Source of the DNA: Auanema rhodensis
Taxonomy: Eukaryota; Animalia; Nematoda
Length of the DNA: 64,000 nucleotides
Direction of reading: 5' to 3'
NCBI GenBank assembly: GCA_964057225.1
Contig: OZ059896.1
Span: 14,074,001 to 14,138,000, forward strand
The notes beneath the pieces were generated by a model. That model was not told the origin of the DNA. It saw only the letters and a program-made list of their open reading frames with translations, and made no database searches. How positions within the stretch are numbered: position 1 is the first letter of the stretch; every line of letters begins with the position of its first letter. This document shows positions 12,815 to 25,300 of this stretch, piece after piece. A program made the translations under genes and the position numbers.

Positions 12815-13284
12815 AATGTAATTTTTTCAATATCAATAATTCTTCTGTTATTGGTCATATGTAATATAATATATTCAAGTTGAGAAGCTTGTGTTTATAT
12901 GATAAATCGTCGCACCTCAAAGTTATAATAATTTATTCCTACAAAAAATACATCTTATTAACTATGACATTTGTATGAAAACAAGCATTTCTTGGAGTAC
13001 AGATTGAACATTTGAAAGAAAGGGGAACGAGAGTTAGACTCTGAAAAGAGTTCATGTCAACCGATAGATGTGCTATGAGTTGAGTTAAATTTTATTTCTT
13101 CTTCTTCTTAAAACAACACAAGACCTTAATCCTGAGACGAGTAATGTAGATTATGCACAGAAAATCTATTAAGACACAACTAACTGATAACTGAGGATAG
13201 AAAGCACAATATAAGGCGCCTATGATGTAAAACGAATGCAACATACCAGTAAAGCAAATAGAACTATAATAAGAATTAAGTATA

Positions 13285-15323
13285 CTATCTTTCTCTGCTA
13301 GAACTAGGTTCATTAGATGATGATGATTTCTCGCGTTTTTGTAAATCTTCCATGAATTGTTGTTGACTCATCAGGATTGCTTGGGCAATCATAGCATCCT
13401 CGTCGGCATTATCTGACCAATCCAAAGCTGCAAAATAAAATATTGTAAAGCCTCTCTTCTAAGAATGCAGACGGTAGTTTTGAGAATATCGGAACATGGA
13501 AATTTTTGAATGAAGACCGAAAAGAAGGGAGAAATAGGATAAGATTGTCATTGGAGCTCAACATGGCTTCCAGGAAATAAAAAAAATCTATGAAATGTGG
13601 AAAACTCGTCAGAAAAATAAACATTGCAAAACGAAAAACAAGCCTTACCTTCCATGGCCAACAACTCCTCGTAAAGTCCCGCTTGCTTGCTTGTACATGG
13701 CTTGTCGCTCGGCACATGTGCTCTATTAGTTCCGGAACAAGAGGGCTTTGCTGCTAAACACAATATGAAGAACAAATCTAAAAAAAAAACTTACAGAAAT
13801 CTTCACTCGATGGGGTTCGTTTGCGGTTAGGACTCTTAGACATCACTTTATCATCAGAACCGCCTTCTAACTTTTTTAAATACTCCAAATATGATTCACG
13901 GGCTACTTGCTCCTTTATATCTTCTTCGGTTCGCTCCCAATCAGTCATATGTATTTTATCATTAAGCATGGTTTCCTCAAGATGTAGAGATTCACTCTGA
14001 TGAACGGCTTGAGTAATTAAGTCGGCTTCAGCTGCCCCTGGCACTAAACCAGGTAGACCAAGTCCAACACCAATAGTTGCTACTAAAGGATCAATAATAG
14101 CATTGTAATGACTGCTTCGATGATAGCTCAAACGAAGAGGTGCATTCATCTCAGCGGAAGCAGCAGGATGAAAAGTATTAATTGGTTCTAATCCATACTG
14201 ATATATTTCGATGGTTCTTCCATACATCTCAGATATAGCCTGCATCTCTGCGTGATTTCCATGTTCAGTTACATTACGTTTCCTACGGAGATAATCGTTG
14301 AAGTCCTCAGTTATGAACTGCGAAAAGTGATCTCTATTCCTCTCCTAAATCAAGAAAATAGGATAAACTCTACGACATGTTTGACACTAACCATATAGTC
14401 CATACATAATCTTCTGACTTCACTATGCATTTCTTGGTCACCATAAACTTGATCAGCTATAAAGATAAGAGCTTGTATTGATTCAAGTTTCAAGACTATT
14501 TATAGCATTGTCACACCAATCAGAGAATTAAATGTCGAAAGAAGGCAATAACATAAACATATAAAACATTGCTTTGAAACATACCAACAGCACGAAATAG
14601 ACAAGCTCCGTCACCTTCCATTTCTTTTAATTGCCATCCTCGGGCTGCTCGTAGAAGTTCAATAAATTCAATTTCTTGCTGAAAATCATTACAATCAACG
14701 ATATATTTTACAAAAGTTGGTTAATGCATGAATGTCGGTCAAAACTAAACTTAAACTAGAATGAAACTGGATCGCAACAATTAAAAATGAAATATATTTT
14801 TAAAAGTTACTGAAGCTGAACAATTTTTTACATGATTTTTGAATGAAATGACAAGTTTGAAAACAGGACTCACAAGAAAAAAACAAATATGAATTTTAAA
14901 AAATAGTAAAAAAAGGAAACCATACATTGAAATCATTGAAAAACACTTACTTGATCATTTTTATATACACACGAATCCTCATCATCTGAATTAAGTGTTG
15001 GAGATTGTGACCCAGAACGATGGTTTCCTGAACAAAATTAATTAAAAAGAGTAACATTGAATTACTAGTTCAAACCTTTTTTAGCAGGCGGGGAAAGCAC
15101 GAGTGACGATGATCCATCAGCTGAATGTTTTAATCGTCTAGTGGAAGTTGGGCATCGTGCCCTTTCAGCATAACTATAATCAATATATGGTGAGCATTAC
15201 AATTAAATAAAATATATAAGATTTAAAAAAATAAATAAAAACAAACTTAGTGTTTGAAGATGATGAAGCAACTGTTTTATCGCGATCTTTCGGATGCTTT
15301 TTAGTTTTTGGTAATATAGTCAT
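13285..15323 (-). CDS. OTUD5: OTU deubiquitinase, OTUD5/DUBA orthologue; multi-exon
   Basis: N-terminus MTILPKTKK; catalytic EGDGACLFRAV; HGNHAEMQAISEMY; RLSYHRSSHYNAIIDPLVATIGVGLGLPG; TDWERTEEDIKEQVARESY; C-terminal UIM-like DEDAMIAQAILMSQQQF. TAG at 13285-13287. Confidence 0.93.
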
Positions 15324-17537
15324 TCTAAATATTAAGTAAACATATCAATTCAAAGAAATAATCAAGAAAAAAAAAGATATAAATACGACAAAAACATGAA
15401 AAAATCAATACTTGGAGAGATAATCTTATTATTATTATGAAATGATACGTGTCAGCGTGTAAACTCCGGTCGCTATTTCTCACTTAAATGAAATATAATT
15501 TGAAAACTTTGGATTTAAATGGTGCGAAAAGCTGAAGAAAAGTAAAAATTCGGAAATAATAACGCTCAAATATCATGGTAATTATAATCACCTCCCTAAC
15601 ATATTGTCAAATTGCTATTTCATTGTTAGTTATTTCAGTCTTTTTTTCCTATTTCAAGGTTTAATCCATATTTTATTCAGAAAAAAATTTAGTTCACCAG
15701 CTGAAATTCATCATATTATTATTGATTTATAAGTGGAACTAACTCCATTTGTAGTAGGAATGATGATAAACTTTCGATTTTGTCTGCAGAATGATAAAGT
15801 TACCTATACGATTACGCGTAAAACTTCCGTAAATATGATAAAACTTTCAGTTTACAGCGTAGAAATGCTCTTTAATTTTCAATCTTCCCACTTCTATGTT
15901 ACTTCTTAGCTTGCTTTCAAATATTAAGGTTATTGGGTAGTCTCAAGCATTCCAAAGCTTAATATAAACACATTTATTTTGTTTTATCTACATTCTTAGT
16001 TTTCTGAAAATATTAAAACCAAATTTAAAATGAAAAATGGAGCAGAATGAATGGAATTATGGAGACGATGAAGAGAAATTTCGCGAATGAACAGTTGTAA
16101 AATCAATTTATTGATTCACAAAATAAACACATAAACTAACTTACCGGCTATTCTTTGTTTAAATGTTATAAAAGCTGGAAAGATATATGAGAGATTTAGG
16201 AATCGAACCTCAGGCTTTAAGTTGAACCAAAAACATCGGCTTTCTCCTTTTTTTGCTATATAGAGTCCATGCTTGCTGCTAGTTCAATGCCACAAACTAA
16301 TCAATTCTTAGACCTTTTCTACTAGCTTTTAGCTTATGTTAAGACGAATTATTTCAGAAACAACATAGAAGCTTAAGAAACAAAGTAAAATTACTAGAGG
16401 TGAAGACGTCCCCGATCACATGTGTACCGTACCATTGTGTCCAACGATTCAGAAAGAGGCGGACCAACGTGGCGAGACCCTTTATGACTTGTGCTGTTGC
16501 TGACTGCTGCAGCAATGCGGAACATAAGGAGGAGAGAGAACATCATATATAGGGAGAGAGGGAAAGATGGATAGGGGTGAATGTCAGAGAGAATGAAAAA
16601 GGGATTAAAGAAAATGTAGAGAGAAACCAAAGTTGGAAAACAGCTATGAAACTAGAAGAGACACTAAGGAGATAGGCTAATAGAGAGACGAAAAGAGCCA
16701 GAGAATATCAGAGAGAGTGAGAGAGAAAGGAATAGAGTGAATGTGTACATGTGGGTGTTTGTGTTTATGTTTGCGAGAGAGTAAAAAGAACAAGAAATAA
16801 AACGTAAACTAGAGAGGCTATGAGAACAACTAGGGTGTAGATAACAAGAATCTGAAAGAGAACAAGACAGAAGCACCAGAACAGATACTAGAAGAAGCGA
16901 AACGAGAGAGAAAGGTAGAGATAAACTGAGAGAACAGGGTTAAGGTGTAGAATGTTGATATAGGGTCAAAACGAAAGACAGCAAAAGCTTTGTCTCACGA
17001 TAAGAAGCCAGCAAGAAGAAGGAAAAGAATCATTTGAAATCAACGTGCCATCATCAACGAGCACTTCTAGCGAAAAACTTTCTATCATCTTCAATGCCAA
17101 TTTGTAAAAAGTTTGGTGAAAAATCTTCATTTTGGGGTGAAATTAAATCTCGGAAGGATGAGAAAGGCAACTTTTCGAAAAGAAAGTAGGCAGAAACATC
17201 TCTTAACTGCATATTTTCTTCCACTTAGATGATATGACCCAAATTGATGCCTATTATCATATTGATGATTTATTTTTAATTGAGATGATATTCATGAAAA
17301 GAATCCAAATAAAGACCGATGTATGTTCAATAGAAATATCACTTGTCCTGCTATCCATACTTCATCGGCTGCAATTTTTCCCTTATGACGAACATACACC
17401 ATGATAAATTTGAAATCAGAGAGCTTGAGTTGAGCATGAGTGTGGGCTGGAAAGGGTAGTGGAAGTACTAGAAATAGCAGAAACATTGGCGGAAATAATA
17501 GTTAATAGCCAAAGAATGATGACAAAATAATATTGTT

Positions 17538-17543
<6 letters not shown>

Positions 17544-17612
<69 letters not shown>
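17544..17612. repeat. (CT)n microsatellite, ~34 units
   Basis: Perfect dinucleotide run. Confidence 0.97.
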
Positions 17613-17614
<2 letters not shown>

Positions 17615-17812
17615 CTCTCTCCTTCTCACCATTTGCTACTCAAATTTTACATAATTAAAACGTTTTAATTATTGAATAGCTACTAATATTTTCTACTAGT
17701 TGAAAGGAAAAAGATAAATCTCTCCGTCCAGTATTTTCTCTTCTCTTTCTCTCATCTACACCTCTCTTTCCTCCCCTATCTATCATCTCTCTTATCTGAG
17801 CTTCTAAGGGAT

Positions 17813-17826
17813 TTTGCCATGGAGAC
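17813..17826 (-). promoter_or_regulatory. Near-consensus X-box (RFX/DAF-19) upstream of the CNG channel
   Basis: Reverse complement GTCTCCATGGCAAA is a 13/14 match to GTNNCCATGGCAAC, ~190 bp before ATG 18018. Confidence 0.5.
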
Positions 17827-18017
17827 AGCCGAATACCAAAGAAGGAACAACAAATACAGCTTTGCTCCGCCTGCTCATTCTTCTCTTCATTCATTTCATA
17901 TCAAATTTACTTATTCAAATTAAGAAAATATTCAAGTTACCATTTCAAGTCTTCAAATTATTTTAGATAATATGTATACATATAAATAAACTTTATAACT
18001 AACTTGGTTATCTAACC

Positions 18018-21000
18018 ATGTCGGTTGCTATCTCTGTCGATCCTAATGAAAAGGTTAGCTAGCTATTATATAACGAATTTCGAAAAAAAAATTAAACTTT
18101 TCACTATACTGTTTTAATATATAATTTAGAGAATAGATGACGAGAATAACTATTCCAATCCATATGAAAGATGGATATCTACACGCCCTATACCATAGTA
18201 AGTAACTAGGAAAGACTAGACTATATATATATTATTTTGAACAAGGCTCTATGTCACAATATATTTTGAGATTCTAACTATATATATACACACATATATC
18301 ATTTATGATTTTTGATTCCCTCACACAATTGTAGTTTAAAGAAATTTCAAGATATTCTCAAAGTATTTGTATTATTTCAAGCTATTTTAATATTTGACAT
18401 CTTACATTTCAATATTTCGTTCCGAAACTTTTTTTCTAGCACATTTTGGTCTTTTTGTCCTCATTTTTCAGAAATTCAACTTATTAAGTCTTTTGAAAAA
18501 TGTTCTTTAAGTTATGAATTGTATCTTTTTTTTGGAGAAATTATAACTATTTTGAGTAAAATAATAGAAAATTAATTCATATTTAGTTCTTTAATATAAG
18601 TTAATGATGTTAAATATCATTGAAGAAAATACAAGAAGCCACAATACATTATTTGAAAATTGTTGATCTGGCTCTTATATTACATCTACATATGTATCTT
18701 AAATATCACATATAACAGATAAATAATAATTCCTTTTCAATCAAATCAACTTCTTCTGGTCAAAAAAAAAGAAAGAAAGAAAGAAAATGGAGAAGAGTGG
18801 CGTTATCTCATGCAATTTCTAAATTTGTATTTGAATTTCTAAAAATATATAATTGACGTCATGCACTGATATTATTTTGGGTTTCATGTCACTTCAAAGC
18901 TGTTGTATAGATCAAATATTTAGAAATTAAACATTAAAAATCTTTTAAATTTCAAACTTTTTTTTATTTGATTCAGCTTCATCTTCATCTTTTTGTTGCA
19001 GCTTCTCGTTCAGTCTCAATCCCAGAGGATGGATATATTGGTGGTGGACTTGCATCGTCTCACTAGCATGTGCATACAATCTCATTTTCATAGCTTTAAT
19101 AGTCTATGAAGATGTTCGTGAGGATTTCTACGCTTATTGGATTATTGGTAATCTCATATCGGATATTATCTACATTCTTGATATGGCAGCTTTATCTTTT
19201 CTAAGTAAGTAAGCTGAACAATATAACATGAAGCAATAGAAAAACGTCTACAGATTATTATGATAATGGTTGCGAAGTTGTACAATGGACCCAAACTCGA
19301 GCAAACTACATGGAAAGTTGGAAATTCGTCATAGATTCTCTATCTATAATACCAACTGATTTATTATTATTTATAGCTCCATACCTATCATTATTAAGAT
19401 TAAATAGATTTTTAAAAATCTATCGGTTTGCTGAGCTGTTTGATATGGCGGAGAGCTTAATGTCCCGGGTATATTCATTCTAACGTTTTACAGAAATTCT
19501 CATCTTCACTTCTAGGAACTTGTCTCAATCTTCAAAGTTATCGGCATCTGTGCAATTATATTTCATTGGAATGCTTGTGGATTTTACATTCTCAGTTTAC
19601 TCAGTAATGAAAACAGTCATTACAGTTAAGAATTTATAAAAACATCGGGAATATATGAATAGAATTTAAGTTGCTAATGCCACATTTGATGATGATGACT
19701 TGTGGCCGTGGCCTTATCTTCCTCAAAAAGTTACAGATTTTCATTATACAACCTGTTCACATTTTACTGTCAGTTTAAGTCATTTTTTGAGCATTATGTG
19801 AAAATATTCATTACAGGAAGATTGTGATTTTTCTGTTTTCTATACTGATGAAGAAAGAGAAGATCATTTCTGGGATTTGTATGATATATGGAATAATAGG
19901 TAATAATGATTTAATATGAAGACTTGATGCTGACTTCTTCAACATATTTTAAGTTCAACTGTCATCTCTTTTTCAAGTTTTGCAAAGAAATATTCCGTTT
20001 CTATGTATTGGTCTGCTCTAACTATGACAACTTTAGGAGAACAGGTATTCCGTGAAAGAGAGAGAGAGAGAGAGAGAAAATGTGGTTACGATGTAATAAA
20101 AACGAGCTTTTAGCCATCACCTAATGAAACATATCAAACTATTTTTGAAATATTTGATACGGTTGTTGGTGTTGTGATATTTGCTGCTATTATGGGAAGT
20201 GTGGGAGATTTGGTTCAGAATTCGAATAAAGTAGAAATGGAATGGAGACAACTAATGGATGGATTAAAGCAATATATGGATTATAGGTATCCATTTTTTC
20301 TATTGTAATTAATTATAATTACAAAATAATTAAGAAGCTTAGATACCGATTTACAAAAAAGAATTTTAATGTATTGTGAATATGAAATGAATAAAAAACA
20401 ATTGATGAAAGAGTTGGAAATCAAGTTGAATCTACCGATTAAGCTTCATTCGAAGTTAAATTCATGTTTAAGTTGGCATATTCTCTCACAAACTGAATTT
20501 TTTAAAGTAAGATTTAATTTTTTATAAAGCAGATTAGAACTGACCTTTACGATTTTTAGGATATTGAAGTTCCTTTCCTGCAAGATTTGATGAGCTATGC
20601 CATTCCGATGGATTATGGTCCCGGAGATGTTGTGTTTAGTGTGGGCGACATCAACAAAGTATACAATACGTAATAATTGAAGATGATAAGCTGAATATAC
20701 ACAGGAAATGTACGTCGTTCTATCTGGAGAGCTGAGCTATCTTGATTTGGAGACTGGAAAACGGACACGATACATGCATATGGATGTTATAGGCGAGAGA
20801 GATCTCATCTGGTTTCGTAATAGTCGGCTTGGAAACCGTCGTGGAGGCATACTATCATCAGAAGAGTACTCCGAAGTAGATTTATGATAAATACATTAAA
20901 TTTTTTATCTAATTTCTTAGGTTTTTATAATTCCAAGATCAGATTTTAATCTTGTGCTTGAAGATTATCCAAATCTTCGAAAAGTATTCCTTAAAAGAGG

Positions 21001-21367
21001 TAAGTATTATGATAATTTTTTGAATATTAATACAAGAATTATATATATTTTCTAGCATTTGATTTACAAACACGATTTGGAGAATTACATGGTGATATAT
21101 CAGAATTAGAAAATGCCACAGATGGATTATGCTTAGAGGATAAGTTGTGTCTTATCAAGAAACAAATGGAAAATTTTGAAGAAGATGTAAATAGGCAAAT
21201 TGAAAAATTTATTGTACGTTTTACCCTATATGCTTAAGTTTTTACCAAGCTTTTGAACTTTTAATTTATTTCAGAGTTCAACAAACGGTATGAAGATGCG
21301 TTTGTATAAATTGGAATCAAATCTCCTTCCTAAAACGACGAGGAAAACAAACTTGAGAGAAACCTGA
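18018..21367 (+). CDS. Cyclic-nucleotide-gated channel subunit, divergent nematode type (che-6/cng-2-like); multi-exon
   Basis: Exons join as MSVAISVDPNEK|RIDDENNYSNPYERWISTRPIPY|FSFSLNPRGWIYWWW. S4 LLRLNRFLKIYR; IFHWNACGFY; pore YWSALTMTTLGEQ|PSP; S6 IFAAIMGSVG; CNBD YGPGDVVFSVGDINK|EMYVVLSGEL..GNRR. TGA at 21365-21367. Confidence 0.9.
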
Positions 21368-21454
21368 GTTTGAAACCAAGTTTTATTATTATTTAATTGT
21401 ATTATATTTATTTTACGTTGTCATAAAGAATACTGAGATTTATTCAATTGAATA

Positions 21455-22295
21455 TCAATTTTTGTTTTCCTTTGCTGTTGTCCGAAAACGTTTCCAAGTT
21501 TGTTGATATTGCTCATATCGTCGTCTGGCTTCTTCACTCCACTTACTATGTAAACCAAGTTTTGAACTTTTTTCTGAAATATTAGAATTGAAATTTCCCA
21601 AAATTGTTAAATTAAATCATTACGATATGATATGTCATTGGGTACTATTATGATGCTATTCAAGGAATTTCTAAGCTCTAGAATATTCTGAAACAATATT
21701 CAAAGGAAAAGCTTTGATAGAAGAACTGACTGGTCGTTCAACAACATCTATTGGAGATTCTTCAAATACTTTCAGATAGTAATGCGATGGCTCTGTAGGA
21801 GTTGGTACACATGGTGCATAACTTGATATTTCAAGATTTGGATAAAAAGAATGAGATGAAGGCAAGTGTATGAGACATTCTTCTGAATATCCTGAAAGTA
21901 GCAGCAGAAAACTTTAGAATCTGGCGTGAAGGGTTGGAGTTAGACATGTGTTAGTTGATACAAGTGGAGAGTATGATGTGAGATTATGTTTAGCCACGAA
22001 TATGGAGTATTCTGGAAATAGAATTTGCCAATATCTCATATTAATCTACAACTATAATTTAAAAATAAATTTATTAAAATATTCATAAAAAAAACTAAAA
22101 ATATATTAATTTGGGAAGGGAAAGGGAGAGAGTTTTTATAAGGTATAGTTTGAGTGAAAAATAAGGAGGTAAAATAAGCTAAATATTATAAAAAAAAGAA
22201 TATAAACACTATACAAACATTTAAAGCTAGAATGTAATATTTTTAGAAAATTATTAACTATATATATACATAGTTATATATAGATAGATAGATAG

Positions 22296-22358
<63 letters not shown>

Positions 22359-25300
22359 GGGAGAGAGAGATGATAATTAATATTCTTAACCCGTTTCATG
22401 CTTTTATAGATTTGTTTTTTAAAATTTGCCTCGAAGAACTTCAAAACATTCACAACACACGTGTTTCAAGCTGAGCTATAAGATGGAGAGAAAAGAAAAA
22501 ATTTAAAAGGATAAAAAGAAATAGAAAAAAGGTAGAAGAACACAGAATAAAAAAAAGGAATGAAAATATAAGAAATATTCTTACATAGATTCCCTGAAAA
22601 AAAAAGATATTTATGGAAAAAAATTAAATATTAGGGGTTCAAAGAGAGTACAAATGATGCTGATATTTAGAGAAACTTAAGCTGGAAAGTAAAAAAGTAA
22701 CAAAGAGTAAGATTATTATGAAAGCCTAGGGAAAAGTGGATTGAGTAGACTAGGTTTATATATCCGTTAATGGAAGGCACTTTGTTATCAGATAATGCTG
22801 ATGTCTGTAGAATAAGTTGATGACATCGAAATATGGCTTAAAGGTAGATGATGAGAATTCAGAATCGTTGACGTTATTCAAGAGAAATCAGGAGAAGGAT
22901 GTGAAATTGATACAGATACATATGTATATAGTAAATTGAATCTATTAGTATACTATGACATAAATAGGAAAATAAACAAAAAAAACTTTAAATAACAGAA
23001 AAAAAACAAAACAAAAAGGTCTACAAGTAGGGTAATAAAAGATAGGAAAATCTAAAATTCAGAATAATAATTACGGTTACTACGGAGTGTGACGAGATCA
23101 TCATCATCAACATAGTGCATTGATCCACTTTCGATTGCTTTCCAATAATTTGAGTTCATCCAATCACGATTTTGCTGAAAACAAACAAAAATTAATTTGT
23201 TGTAAAAGAAGTTTCGAAAAGCTGAAAAATTAAAAAAAATAGATAAATAATAGTTTGTATATATTCTAAAATAGATAGTAGCCTAATAAAATTAGTAAAA
23301 ATTAACAACTAATAGATACTTGCATAGTAGAAATTAAAAAAAAAGCTAATAAAGACTAAAAACTAAATAAATAAATAGTTAAAAGAATAAAAATTTATGA
23401 AAGATTATGCAGAAGCTAAAGTTCTTCAGATTTTGTTGTTACTATGCAACTTACGTCGTGACATGGTTTAGGTATAATAGGCTCATCCTAAAATTTTTTG
23501 TTTTGTTTTTAGTCGTCAATGACGAATATTATCGATTAAAAAATATTTGTAAATATACATATGGTTAAGTTGTTAGCATATCAAACTTTTTTTGATGAAA
23601 TAATGTTTAAGTTGATCATGAACTAACCCTCAATGTAGCTAATTCTCCTTGCTCCACTTTCATAGCATCATCCACAAACTTATCAATGTTCAATTTTTCT
23701 AATTCATCTACAGGGACATTAAACTGATCTCCAAGATTTTTCACTAATGCTTTCATTGAAATTCGAAAATAAAAAAAATTAAAAGAGGCTTATATTGTTA
23801 TAAAACTTACTTTTTTCCTCCAAACCATACTTGGATGTTAGCAACATTATCAACTTTTCGTCCGAAATAGTGCAGTTTCTTCAAAGCATCAGCAGCAATT
23901 TCAATAGCAATTGTTGTCAAAGCTAAGCCAATAGCACAATATATGAGAGTAATTGCCTAAAAGAAATAGATAACAAGTTAATATTCTTAAAATCTGATAT
24001 TCTTACCAAGTATGTCTCACTTTGAGGTACTAAATCACCTAATCCAATAGTTGTTAATGTCACAAAATTGAAATAGATTGCCTGAAAGGACAAAATAAAC
24101 ATCATCAACTAATTGTTTTATGTTCTTAGATTAATAGCTTCTATGTATAAAATTTTCTTAAAATGATGAATCAGATCGAATGGGGAGATTTTTAAATTTC
24201 AAATTGCACCCTTAGGGCACATTTCGGGTCATTCCATTTGCTATAGAAGGTCATTCTATCTGCACTAACCTCGAAAAAGTCCATATTTGGCTCATAAGCT
24301 GCTATAACAATAGACCCAACAACGATATAAATTACAAAAGATAAGAATAAGATTAAGCCGTCAGTTGTTGCGTCTTCGGGCTCATCTGGTGGCTCAGCTT
24401 CACCATCCTCAGAATCATCATCCAAAATCTAAAAAATAATTAGGTGATATACATATAAGAATACATGCTGAACCTTATTGGGCTGCTTTGATTCCTTTTC
24501 CATCAGTCTCTGTTTTTCTTTTGAGGTATAGTTACGACGTTGACAACATCGACGACCAAATTTTCTTAAATATTTCAAAATTCCATTTATAAGTCGATAT
24601 ATTCTTATTAATTTACCTAATACAATTCACAAATGGTTTAGTCCATGTTTTCAAAACTGTAGCCAGGAATTTACCCAAATTTGCAAGAGCTAACATAGTG
24701 AATGGCACACCAATTAAGCCATATAGAATAACGAAAAGCCGACCATGAAAGCTCCTTGGAGCCACATTACCATACCCTATAATATATAAAAATAATTTAA
24801 AATAGAAGTAGAAGTAGAATAGAAACTAAGATATGAACACACATATTTCCCAAAAATCTATGATTTACATCAGATTTTGAACTTTCAATACAAGTTTCAA
24901 TAGGAATGCTAAATCTTACCGATGGTTGTAATAACGGTGAAACAAAATAATACAGAATCCATAATGGACCAATATTCATATTCTCCTTCTATTATTTGCA
25001 AAGGTTGTTCTTGCTCTGCTTTTTCTTCAATTTTCAATGGTTCTAAACATAAATTTTTAATTAATTTAAAGTTTTTGAATAATAAAAATACCATTTTTGC
25101 GTTGTTTAATCTTTTCAAAAATACGTTTAATATCATGTTCATAACAATCATCTATAATTTCCAGATATGATCCATCTTCAATCTTTAAATAATTTATATA
25201 TTTATGTCATATATAGTATATATACTTACATCTGAACAGTTATTAATTCGATTTATTTTTTCTATAGCATTTATAATACATTTTCTTGTTCGATTTACTA

